This document shows, one piece after another, positions 1 through 8,600 of a stretch of DNA of 55,474 nt. This DNA comes from Cyanophora paradoxa CCMP329 (lineage: Eukaryota > Plantae > Glaucophyta). Numbering within the stretch: position 1 is the first letter of the stretch; each line of letters begins with the position of its first letter. The stretch spans positions 1 to 55,474 of the forward strand of contig QPMI01000492.1 of assembly GCA_004431415.1 (NCBI GenBank), given 5' to 3'. The notes under the pieces were generated by a model. It did no database searches. It saw only the letters and a list, made by a program, of their open reading frames with translations, and was not told the origin of the DNA. A program made the position numbers and the translations under genes.

Positions 1-75
1 GATCCTCCACTAGTACTGGCTCAATATTTATACAAGATAATCTACAAATCAATAATCCTAATATGAAGAATATTA

Positions 76-164
76 ATCAATTTTTTTTTTTTTGGTGAAT
101 TACCGGCCACAGCCTCTAGTCTACTCCAGCACTGTGGGGGCGTGTACAGGCAAGGCATCAATTT
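76..164 (-). mobile_element. Short 5'-truncated poly(A)-tailed retro-insertion with 8-bp target-site duplication
   Basis: T13 tract at 81-93 followed by about 63 bp of GC-richer sequence. ATCAATTT occurs at both 76-83 and 157-164. Confidence 0.5.
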
Positions 165-223
165 ATCGACAAACCTGGCGATATATCAATATATATTAAT
201 ATATCAAGTATCGACAGATTTAT

Positions 224-564
224 ATCGACTGATTTTGTCGACCGATTCTGTCGCAGAATCAGTCGATAAAATTCGACTGATTCGGTCGACCGATTCTGGC
301 GCAGAATCAGTCGATCGACTGATTCTGTCGATCGACTGATTTTGTCGACCGATTCTGGCGCAGAATCAGTCGATAAAATTCGACTGATTCGGTCGACCGA
401 TTCTGGCGCAGAATCAGTCGATCGACTGATTCTGTCGATCGACTGATTTTGTCGACCGATTCTGGCGCAGAATCAGTCGATAAAATTCGACTGATTCGGT
501 CGACCGATTCTGGCGCAAAATCAGTCGATCGACTGATTCTGTCGATCGACTGATTCTGTCGACC
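224..564. repeat. 107-bp tandem array (3 units plus a partial unit) built from an alternately oriented TCGAC(T/C)GATT(C/T)TG core, forming nested palindromes
   Basis: Units start at 224, 331, 438 and 545. Contains the perfect palindrome CAGAATCAGTCGATCGACTGATTCTG. Confidence 0.9.
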
Positions 565-614
565 AAGTATTGCAATACTCCAAAAGTGCAGATATATCCC
601 AGCTCACCGTTAAA

Positions 615-1859
615 ATGCAGGAGGGCTTCGGGTCGACTTCGCTCGCCCTGAGTCGACTTATGCGCGACCTGAAGCAGATGATAAAGGAGGAGACCAAGGG
701 GCGGAAGCGCGTCTTAATTGCCGTCTACCAGGAGGGCCTCAACAGGATCAATCACATCGAAGCCCTAAGGCGCGAATTCGGCTCGGCCATCCGTCACTCG
801 GGCGTCTCGTCGAACGGAGGGGCGCAGGTGGCCCGCCTGGCGGACGCCAACTCGCGCCTCGAGATTCCCGGTACCTTCCGCATGCAGGATTGGTGGGAGG
901 CCGAGGCCTTCAGGAATTACGGGGCCTTCATAGACAACGGGATCAATTCCCAGAGCCCCAAGGCAAACTGGCTGGTACCCAAGGCCTACGTCGATAAATT
1001 GGTTGACAGGCCTGCAGCCCCTTACACCAAAAAGATCACCAAAGGCATCGAGTACTGGGCGCCCGAGCCAGGCCAGCCCGTCTTTGCATCGCAGAACTAC
1101 GAGTGGCACATGGCGCCGGGGGCGAGCCAGGCCGTCAGCACCGTGGGCGTTGCCGTACCGCAGCTGGCGGCCGTGGCGCATACAGGAGAGTACCAAGATC
1201 TAAAAGGGAGGCCGACGATACCGACAATTCCAGCAACTTGGGCGTGGGATAACATCACGGGGAAGCCGAGCACGTACCCCCATGCAGATCACCAGCACAC
1301 CATCTCTCAAATCAGCGACTGGACGGCCCCCGACTTGTCGAACATCACCGTGGACTGGGAAACTCAAGTTACGGGGAGGCCAACCACCTTCCCCCCCTCG
1401 ACTCACAGTCACAACGTGGACTGGGAAACTCAAGTTACGGGGAAGCCTCTCACCTTCCCCCCCTCTACGCACAGTCACACAGAGTACTCGCTCACCGGCC
1501 ACGGGCACAGAAACGTGAACATGGATGCTTACATTCAACACGGCACTTTCTTTCATACGTACTCTGCGTCCACAACTTTCGATCTCAACACAACATACAT
1601 TGTCACGTTCAATATGAGTTTCTCGGAGGAATACGACGCTGGTGGCGGGTTGGGGGTACCCGCAAACACGCTACCAAACGTAACAGTTACCCCATCCATA
1701 AAACTTGGAGTGGATGTCGACATGACAGTGAATGTCTACGACGTCACCTTCACCGGATTTGTCGTCAGAGTGAGGTTCAGGCCCACGATGACAGAAACGA
1801 TCATCGAATCTAAAAGGCTCACGATCTACTGGATGGCAGCGGGCAAGCTGCGGATGTAA
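615..1859 (+). CDS. Virus/phage tail-fibre-like protein with phage tail repeats and a C-terminal H-type-lectin/gp53-like head
   Basis: Motifs PKAYVD, LAAVAHTGEYQDLKGRPTIP, WDNITGKPSTYPHADHQH and 2x VDWETQVTG(R/K)PxTFPPSTHSH. C-terminus IQHG..VTFNMSF..PNVTVT..VTFTGFVVR..IYWMAAG. ATG at 615 in an AAAATG context. Confidence 0.75.
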   Translation: MQEGFGSTSLALSRLMRDLKQMIKEETKGRKRVLIAVYQEGLNRINHIEALRREFGSAIRHSGVSSNGGAQVARLADANSRLEIPGTFRMQDWWEAEAFRNYGAFIDNGINSQSPKANWLVPKAYVDKLVDRPAAPYTKKITKGIEYWAPEPGQPVFASQNYEWHMAPGASQAVSTVGVAVPQLAAVAHTGEYQDLKGRPTIPTIPATWAWDNITGKPSTYPHADHQHTISQISDWTAPDLSNITVDWETQVTGRPTTFPPSTHSHNVDWETQVTGKPLTFPPSTHSHTEYSLTGHGHRNVNMDAYIQHGTFFHTYSASTTFDLNTTYIVTFNMSFSEEYDAGGGLGVPANTLPNVTVTPSIKLGVDVDMTVNVYDVTFTGFVVRVRFRPTMTETIIESKRLTIYWMAAGKLRM

Positions 1860-1883
1860 TCGATTTTCTGATGCAATCCAAAA

Positions 1884-2711
1884 ATGTCAGTTGCTGTTCC
1901 TTTGTTCACCTACGCTGCCAGCGTGAATCACAAGGGCGATCACACGATTAAGGAGACCACCCTCGGAAACCAGGCCACCGAGACCCCCTACAACGCCACC
2001 GCCGTCCCCTTCACCGAGGCCGACCTTATCTGCGTCGGCGAGCTGCGCTGCGATAAGATGCGCACACGGGAGGGCGGGTCGGCCGTGCCGGGGCGCGTGA
2101 AGACGCAGAGGCTCACCGTCACGAACGGCTCCTGGGACGGGAGTGGTCACACCACAAACGCCCTGACCTTTAACGGTACTGCCGACGGGGAGGGGAATGC
2201 GGCGCTCTACGTGCAGGGGGGAGGGGCGGACGTGGTGGGCGGGCTGCGGGTCAACGGGGCCGCAACAATTACGGGCTACCTGAAGCACCCAAAGCCGGCT
2301 TTCTGCGTGGGCCTGAAAACAACGTTTGTAACACCAGCGGAAAAGGGGGTCATCAAACCATGGGGGTGGGCGTGGATCAACACGGGAGGCTTCAATACGA
2401 CGGAGGGCACATTCACGGCACCCGTGAGCGGGGTGTACAAATTTACGCTGTCGGCAACCAGTGCTGTCGCAGGGGCCCTTTCCGTCACGCTGCGGAGAAA
2501 CGGATCGGAAGGCGTGGATGGTGCGAAACCCTGGGCGTACACAAGCGAATCCGGCGATAACCGCAACCTTGCATTTACGTTCATGTGCACTCTGGCACAA
2601 GATCAGTACATCGATCTTTACTCCTGGAGTGGTCAGTACCTGGGCGAGGGATTGAGTGTCACACCCAGTGGCTTCACCATATTCACTGGCGAGCTTGTTT
2701 ACATGACGTGA
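1884..2711 (+). CDS. Fibre-like protein with C-terminal C1q/TNF-like domain
   Basis: PAFCVG...NTGGFNTTEGTFTAPVSGVYKFT...VTLRRNG...FTIFTGELV is the C1q signature. It is preceded by the fibre shaft motif ALYVQGGGADVVGGLRVNG. Confidence 0.8.
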   Translation: MSVAVPLFTYAASVNHKGDHTIKETTLGNQATETPYNATAVPFTEADLICVGELRCDKMRTREGGSAVPGRVKTQRLTVTNGSWDGSGHTTNALTFNGTADGEGNAALYVQGGGADVVGGLRVNGAATITGYLKHPKPAFCVGLKTTFVTPAEKGVIKPWGWAWINTGGFNTTEGTFTAPVSGVYKFTLSATSAVAGALSVTLRRNGSEGVDGAKPWAYTSESGDNRNLAFTFMCTLAQDQYIDLYSWSGQYLGEGLSVTPSGFTIFTGELVYMT

Positions 2712-2729
2712 GTCTTGGTGTAGAACGAC

Positions 2730-4763
2730 TCAGAGGCCGTACTTGGCCTTAAGGTGCGTCATCAGGCTGCTGATGTCGCCCGCGGAGCCGGAGCGCCCGA
2801 CAATGATGATCTCAGCGACAAAGGCGTTGAGGTACCCGCCCCAGACACCAATGTTCCTCCCAATGAAGCCGGATGTGCGGGCCTGTGCAAGGGGCAGCCG
2901 GTAGAGGGTCCCGTACCTCCACGCGCCCGGGATCGCGGTAGCGCCCCCGCCCTGCAGCGAAGACCAGAACGTACGCGACGTGTCCGTGAACTGGCATATG
3001 AAGACGCTGTAGGAGGATGTCGATGTCGTCTGGGGCGTGGTCGTGTACGCACTGTACGTCGTGGAATTCGGGCTGACGCCTGTGACGATCCGACCCGGGT
3101 CGTTCAGGTCGTGCATCGCGTAAATGATGCCGGATACGTCCGATACCACGCCAATGTTCCAGTAGTTCGTGTGATCTACGCTGCTTATGGCCTTCACTAC
3201 CAACGCGACCAGGAACCCATTCGGGTAAGCAACGTTGTTGAACCGCGACAGGTGCGCCGAAAAGTCTAGCCACTGGCTGGAAGCCGACGTGAAGCGCAGC
3301 GCCGGCTTGCCGTTGCTGGCGTTCGCGACGAAGGTAGGGCGGTTTGCCGGCGTCGACTGCGTTGCGGACTCTGCGGTGTTCGCGAGGTTCTGCCAGCTGC
3401 TGACCGCTGCGCCGTCTGCAAGCGAGAGGGACGAGGCGTCGAAGTGCTGCACCAGATCTGTACCGAACTGAGCGGCAACGGAGAAGAGGGTGACGCTGCT
3501 GCTTCCCGAGGAGGGGCCCTCCTCGCCCACCTGGTTGACGCCCTTGACGGTGTAAGTGTACGTGGCCCCGTAGACGGCCGTCGCGTCCGAGTAGGGGCTG
3601 GCGCTGGCGTTCGCGAGGAAGGCGCCGCCCCTGTAGATGTTGTAGGAGACGGTGACGCCCGTCGCCGGCGCGGACCACGCGAGCACCACGGGCAGCAGCT
3701 GGGGCGCCCCTTCCGTCGGGGTCGCGGTGAGCCCCGCGGGCGCCGCCGGGTCCGTGGTGACGTAGACGGCCACGCTTGTGAGCCCCTCCCCGCCCAAGTT
3801 CGTCGCGGAGATCTGGTACTCGTACCCCGTACCCCAGACCGTGGTCGCGTCGCTGTAGGAGTTGGTTGCGGAGTCTGTAAGGTAGGCCCCATCCCTGTAG
3901 ATCTTGTACCCCGTCGCCCCCGTGGGCGCCGTCCACGCTAAGCTGACGGGCTGCTGCTGATCGTCGGGTGCAGTCGCCGTCACGTTCGTGGGTGCCGCCG
4001 GCTTCGTCCAAACAATGAGGGGATCGGACTTTTCGTATTCGACCCCGCCCACGATGCCAGCCACCTGGTAGGAGTACTCCGTGCCCCATGCAAGGGCAGT
4101 GCTATCATCGATGTACGAGGTAGACAGGGCACTGCTTGCAAATCCGATTGGCGTGCCGTTCCTGTAAATTCGAATCGAGTCCACACCCTCCATCGCGACC
4201 CAGTCGATTGTGATGACGATGGTGGGTTTCGGGAAGCCCGCAGACGCGGGGCCGCCCCCTGCGATAAAATCGCCGTAGGTCTGGGCCGTGGCAGTCGTGA
4301 GGGTGGTGTAGGCTTCGATCTGCGGGCTGAAGCCGCCTATGCCTTGGAAGAGAATGTAATTGCTCATGGCACCCTCGTGGGTGTAGAGAAGCGACTGTGC
4401 GTAGGTTGTGGGCGGGGCTTTGCCATCGGAGCCCGTGCTGCTGCTGCCTTGTTCGCGAACTGCCGCCACTCGATAAAGTCGCTGGGCCCCCAAACTAAAG
4501 GGCGAGTCCGTGTAGGTGACAGTTGGTGCGTTCACCGTGGCCACGAGATCCCAGGGGCCGTTGATGCTGGTAGCCCTGTACACCTTGTACTTGACGGCAT
4601 TGGTGACGGCGACCCAGTTCAGTTGAAATCCGTAGGTGCCGCCCCCGTTATTGAGCACGGAGCCCGATCGCACCTGGGGCCTGCCCACAGTCAGCGAAAT
4701 TGGCTCCACGCCGTACTGCGGGGCCTGCACCACCTGCTTCTTCACGAATACGAAGCGGGGCAT
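2730..4763 (-). CDS. Multi-fibronectin type III protein with C-terminal LamG/concanavalin-like domain (virion surface/adhesin-like)
   Basis: Repeated FN3 patterns such as LAWTAPTGATGYKIYRDG..SYSD..YEYQISATN. C-terminal domain starts LVQHFDASSLSLADGAAVSSWQNL. 677-aa uninterrupted ORF. Confidence 0.8.
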   Translation of the reverse strand: MPRFVFVKKQVVQAPQYGVEPISLTVGRPQVRSGSVLNNGGGTYGFQLNWVAVTNAVKYKVYRATSINGPWDLVATVNAPTVTYTDSPFSLGAQRLYRVAAVREQGSSSTGSDGKAPPTTYAQSLLYTHEGAMSNYILFQGIGGFSPQIEAYTTLTTATAQTYGDFIAGGGPASAGFPKPTIVITIDWVAMEGVDSIRIYRNGTPIGFASSALSTSYIDDSTALAWGTEYSYQVAGIVGGVEYEKSDPLIVWTKPAAPTNVTATAPDDQQQPVSLAWTAPTGATGYKIYRDGAYLTDSATNSYSDATTVWGTGYEYQISATNLGGEGLTSVAVYVTTDPAAPAGLTATPTEGAPQLLPVVLAWSAPATGVTVSYNIYRGGAFLANASASPYSDATAVYGATYTYTVKGVNQVGEEGPSSGSSSVTLFSVAAQFGTDLVQHFDASSLSLADGAAVSSWQNLANTAESATQSTPANRPTFVANASNGKPALRFTSASSQWLDFSAHLSRFNNVAYPNGFLVALVVKAISSVDHTNYWNIGVVSDVSGIIYAMHDLNDPGRIVTGVSPNSTTYSAYTTTPQTTSTSSYSVFICQFTDTSRTFWSSLQGGGATAIPGAWRYGTLYRLPLAQARTSGFIGRNIGVWGGYLNAFVAEIIIVGRSGSAGDISSLMTHLKAKYGL

Positions 4764-4802
4764 TTTCCTCTACGATCCGAAAAAATATCTGCCCCGGGGT
4801 AA

Positions 4803-5483
4803 ATGACTTCCAACTGGTACCAGACCCTCAGCGGCTCACTTGACGTTGGCAACAACACCAAGGATTTCGCGCGCATCTCCTCTGGCAGCTACGTCGACGT
4901 CTTCCTGCAGAATCCCGTCGTGATTCAGGCCGTTCAGAACGCCTACGCCACGCCCAAGATTTACTCCTACCAGCTCTTCTTCGACCCTCTGAGCCTCAGC
5001 GCAGAGGTAATCGAGCTGCTGCACGAATCAGGACTCGTGAAAAAGGTGGCGCCTGCCACGGCCACAGCCAACGTCCTGCGCTGTCTCGAGGTAAAGTTCA
5101 GGGAGACGGGGTACGGCCCCACCGTAAACCAGTACACCAGTACCGATCTGCCGGGTACGGGTGCATACACGGCGCGGGGTACGCTCAAGGGCGACGTGCT
5201 CTTCACAAAATTCAACCCGAGTCCCGTGACCCTGGGGGCCCTCTACACTGGCGGCAATCCGCGCGCTTCCGGGTTACCCCGCTTCCCCTTCACCTTCTTC
5301 AGGTTTCAGGTCTTCCCCCTCTCCTACGCCGCCGACCAGCCCCACTTCAGCACGGGCGCGAGCCTCTGCGCTGAGCTGCGCGAGTGCTCGATTTCCTACA
5401 GGCACACCACCGGCTCCGACGCCGTGCAGCCCGCGGCCCGCATCTCGGGCATCGGCAACGACATCGCCCTCTTCTACGGATAA
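4803..5483 (+). CDS. Unknown protein, paralogue of 5507-6289 (possible structural protein)
   Basis: 226-aa intronless ORF sharing the blocks QNPV, SGL(V/L)KK, LE(V/L)KF, NPR..PR..FT and AEL.E..Y with the next ORF. Confidence 0.7.
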   Translation: MTSNWYQTLSGSLDVGNNTKDFARISSGSYVDVFLQNPVVIQAVQNAYATPKIYSYQLFFDPLSLSAEVIELLHESGLVKKVAPATATANVLRCLEVKFRETGYGPTVNQYTSTDLPGTGAYTARGTLKGDVLFTKFNPSPVTLGALYTGGNPRASGLPRFPFTFFRFQVFPLSYAADQPHFSTGASLCAELRECSISYRHTTGSDAVQPAARISGIGNDIALFYG

Positions 5484-5506
5484 TCTTTCTCATTCGAGAT
5501 CGCAAA

Positions 5507-6289
5507 ATGCCGACCACCTCGGCCACCATCGTGAAGACTGTGCTGCCTACCCCCGATTTCTACGGCGACACCGCAGCGGCCAACGCTGGGACGGATTCCG
5601 TGGTCTGGGACGGCAATTACGCCTCCATGCTGACCGTGAAAATCCAGAATCCCGTCATGCTGCGCGTCACATCCAACGATTTCGAGAATCCCGCCTCCTG
5701 CTCCGTGTACGTGTACTTTGACACCGACTCGGGCGTGAGCGCGGACGAGGCGGAGGCCCTCTGGCTCTCGGGCCTGTTAAAAAAGATAGAGCCCTCCGTG
5801 CCAGATCGGGCCGCGATTCGCGTGCTCGAGCTCAAGTTCACTGCCAACACCGCCCTCACCCGCACCTTCAACGGCGGCACCAAGACCCACATAGACGGCG
5901 CCCCCATCAGCAGCGCACACAAGACGACCCAGGCCGTCCCCTTTGAGATGTACAACCTCTGGAAGATGACCGCAAAGGAGATGATGACGAATGCCACCAC
6001 GGGCGGAGTCTCGGGTACCTCGTTTTCCTACGATTCCTCGAATCCCCGTACCCAGGTCTGGCCCCGGCTCCTCTTCACGAAATTCACTTTCAAATTGTAC
6101 AACAACATTGCGGGTATGCCTACCTCTGGAATGGTCGTGGGTTCTACCCTCATGGCCGAGCTGATCGAGGCGGAGGCTGACTACACGACTGCCACCACCA
6201 ACCCTGCCAACGGCACCGCTACGAACTACGTGGCCTGGAGCACGATTGACCGCGAGTACGACACTAAGATTCACACCACTAGCGTCTAG
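5507..6289 (+). CDS. Unknown protein, paralogue of 4803-5483
   Basis: Starts MPTTSATIVK at AAAATG 5507, 23 nt after the stop of the previous ORF. Homology blocks as above. Confidence 0.7.
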   Translation: MPTTSATIVKTVLPTPDFYGDTAAANAGTDSVVWDGNYASMLTVKIQNPVMLRVTSNDFENPASCSVYVYFDTDSGVSADEAEALWLSGLLKKIEPSVPDRAAIRVLELKFTANTALTRTFNGGTKTHIDGAPISSAHKTTQAVPFEMYNLWKMTAKEMMTNATTGGVSGTSFSYDSSNPRTQVWPRLLFTKFTFKLYNNIAGMPTSGMVVGSTLMAELIEAEADYTTATTNPANGTATNYVAWSTIDREYDTKIHTTSV

Positions 6290-6644
6290 ACTGGCTAAGC
6301 TGCACTAGCACCTGTGCCGCCTCCATCATCTCCCGAATCTCCTCGCTCTTCTCCTGTAAATTGGCGTACCCCCTCCTCTTCTTGCGAATCTCCGACATTG
6401 ATGCCCAGCGCAGGTTCTCCCTCCTGTAGTCCAGCGGGTTGCCGTTGATGTGTTCCACGTAGCGTCCACGTGGCGACTTCCCGAGGATCAGTTGGGAGAG
6501 GTAGTGCTTGCGCCCTCCGAACGTCTTGCTCACCCTGTCCCTGTCCACTCTCCAGGGAAACTCCAAGGCACTCGGGGGTACGTCCGAGTTGACCAGGACG
6601 TTGTAGGCGACGTCTTGCGAGTCGGTGCACTGGAGCAGGGCCAT
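6279..6644 (-). CDS. HNH_3-type homing-endonuclease-like protein with atypical residues
   Basis: YLSQLILG...YVEHINGNPLDYRRENLRW versus the family pattern VDHING(N/D)xLDNRxxNLR. Confidence 0.75.
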   Translation of the reverse strand: MALLQCTDSQDVAYNVLVNSDVPPSALEFPWRVDRDRVSKTFGGRKHYLSQLILGKSPRGRYVEHINGNPLDYRRENLRWASMSEIRKKRRGYANLQEKSEEIREMMEAAQVLVQLSQSRR

Positions 6645-6668
6645 TTTGCCCTAGGTTCAGAAAAACCT

Positions 6669-6741
6669 GGGACTTGGGACTTGGGACTTGGGACTTGGGA
6701 CTTGGGACTTGGGACTTGGGACTTGGGACTTGGGACTTGGG
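6669..6741 (+). repeat. (GGGACTT)10 heptamer array, G-quadruplex-competent
   Basis: 10 perfect copies followed by GGGAAGAGTT. Confidence 0.95.
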
Positions 6742-7072
6742 AAGAGTTGAAACCCAGGTCCCGGCCCAGACTTTCTCCAGGATCAGAAATTTGTCAGACA
6801 AGTCAGGTGAGTTTTTCTATCGACTTTTTTACTCCTACCACCCCTCATACTCTTTTTTACTCGTAGTCTTTTTTACTCGTATCCCATCTCATACCCTCCT
6901 TCTCTCGACATCTCGCACGAAAACTCCTACCCCCCTTCGTCTGGAATGTCACCAGAAACGTCGTATGCAGATTTCCGTACCCCTGTCTAAGTCTGCCCGG
7001 TGGTTAGGGACTTGGTGCAGCAAACTCTCAGATCCAGAGAAATTCTGGGCCCAGACCCTGAGTCTAACTCTT

Positions 7073-7110
7073 CCCAAGTCCCAAGTCCCAAGTCCCAAGT
7101 CCCAAGTCCC
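7073..7110 (+). repeat. (CCCAAGT)5 heptamer array, inverted relative to 6669-6741
   Basis: 5 perfect copies preceded by AACTCTT. Confidence 0.95.
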
Positions 7111-7184
7111 AGGATCGCGCCAAGTCATAACTGAATAGTCGGCCAATTTTTACAAGTATGTACAATGGAATGACGCAATACTAT

Positions 7185-8255
7185 TTACATCATCTCGAGA
7201 TCAGAGTCATCGTCATCGGAAACCAACTCAATGAGGCCCTCGGGCGCCGACTTAAGGGGAATGCGGGGAAGGGCCTGCGCTGCCTGCACCAAGTCCTGCC
7301 GCTCCTGCTCGCGCTGCGCCGCCAAGGCCGCTGCCGCCTCTGCCTCGCGCTGCCGCTGAGCCTCGATGCGCGCCTTGAGCTCGGCTGCCTCCTTCTGCTT
7401 GCGCTCGGCGACGCGGGCCTTGTGCATCTCGCGCTGCTTGATCCGCTCGTGGCGCCGCTTGCGCTCCAACTCCTTGCGAAGCTCGTTGCAGAGGACGCGC
7501 TTCTCAATGGTCTTGACGTGCTGAGTCAGGCGCTCGCTGTAGTGTGACGTCACGCGAGAACGGGCAATGCCAGCGCCGAGCTTCAAGTCCTTCTCGTGTG
7601 CCTTGGCGGGGTCCTTGACGCGCTCGGAGTTGTCGGTGAATGACGTGGTCTCCATGAACTTCTTCTTGACGATTGACTTGGTCTTGATAATGCGGCGCTT
7701 GCGAGTCGGGTTGTCGTTGTCGCCTTCAGAGTCAGAAGACGACTCAGAGTCGTATGGAATCGGCACGTCAAAGTCGATGAAGTCGTTGATGTCAGACTCG
7801 GCGTCAGAGGCCTCGGACTTGGCGTCGTCGACGGGCTCGGGGGCGGGCTCGGCGACGGGCTGAGGGGCAGATGACGACGATGACGGAGGGGGGTAATTCG
7901 TGAAGACTTGAGGGGGATAGGCCCAGGCGAGCGTCTCGGCGGCAGACTCGGCGAAAAGCTTGGGGTCGCCCCAGCCAGTGGGAGTCTTGACCCAGCCGGG
8001 GACGGGGGGCACGTCGACGGGGGGCTCGGGCTTGGGTTGCTTGGCCTTGGATTTCTTGGCCTTGGACGTGAAGGCGGACTTGGGGAGAAGTTGCACTTCG
8101 GGGCCAGTGGCGCGTAAGATGGCATAATTGTAGATGTACCCCAGAGCGTCGGCGCGCTGCTCCATCTCAGGGGTAGCCCCTTGAGTGCCACCGGAGTTAG
8201 CCCACGTTGCTTGGACAAAGGCGAAGTCCTCAACAAGCTCAGAAGGAATCGACAT
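7185..8255 (-). CDS. Orphan nuclear protein: Pro-rich/acidic region, basic NLS-like patch, coiled coil, C-terminal SIM-like motif
   Basis: ATG at 8255 (MSIPSELVEDF) directly after a GCGCAG acceptor-like site. Contains PTRKRRIIK, an E/R/K/A coiled coil and LIELVSDDDDSD at the C-terminus. Confidence 0.65.
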   Translation of the reverse strand: MSIPSELVEDFAFVQATWANSGGTQGATPEMEQRADALGYIYNYAILRATGPEVQLLPKSAFTSKAKKSKAKQPKPEPPVDVPPVPGWVKTPTGWGDPKLFAESAAETLAWAYPPQVFTNYPPPSSSSSAPQPVAEPAPEPVDDAKSEASDAESDINDFIDFDVPIPYDSESSSDSEGDNDNPTRKRRIIKTKSIVKKKFMETTSFTDNSERVKDPAKAHEKDLKLGAGIARSRVTSHYSERLTQHVKTIEKRVLCNELRKELERKRRHERIKQREMHKARVAERKQKEAAELKARIEAQRQREAEAAAALAAQREQERQDLVQAAQALPRIPLKSAPEGLIELVSDDDDSDLEMM

Positions 8256-8600
8256 CTGCGCAAAGGGAAAAGAGATCAGCAAAGGCAAAACGTGAGGTGA
8301 CTGTGAGGGCGGACTTGCACGGATTCGGAGAGGCGGAGTTTGCTTGGGCTGAGAGAGGCGGCGAACCCGTTTCAAGAGTGAGCCAAAATGGCGGCGGACC
8401 GCGGTTTTGTTGCCGATTTTTTTTGCGGTCTAGTTGGCAACAGAAACGTTGCGAACTGGCCCGGAAAAAAGTTGGGCCGAAGGTAAAAAAGTTGGGCCGA
8501 AGCCCCCCTACCCCGCTGAGCCGGCCTGACGGAAATCGCCCGAGTGCGTCCGCCGAAGGTCGAGTCTCGGATGGGGGGTACACCCTCAGGGGGCCCCCTC

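Noticed and set aside
106-136. RSS/Transib-like CACAG...CACTGTG
   Set aside because: No nonamer or transposase; it lies inside the small poly(A) insert.
224-564. CRISPR array
   Set aside because: No unique spacers; whole units repeat; no cas genes; eukaryotic context.
615-2711. Diversity-generating retroelement acting on the fibre heads
   Set aside because: No reverse transcriptase and no TR/VR pair with adenine-specific mismatches seen.
570-6644. Prophage, tailocin or contractile injection system
   Set aside because: No sheath, tube, baseplate, terminase or Shine-Dalgarno pattern; starts have a eukaryotic A-rich context.
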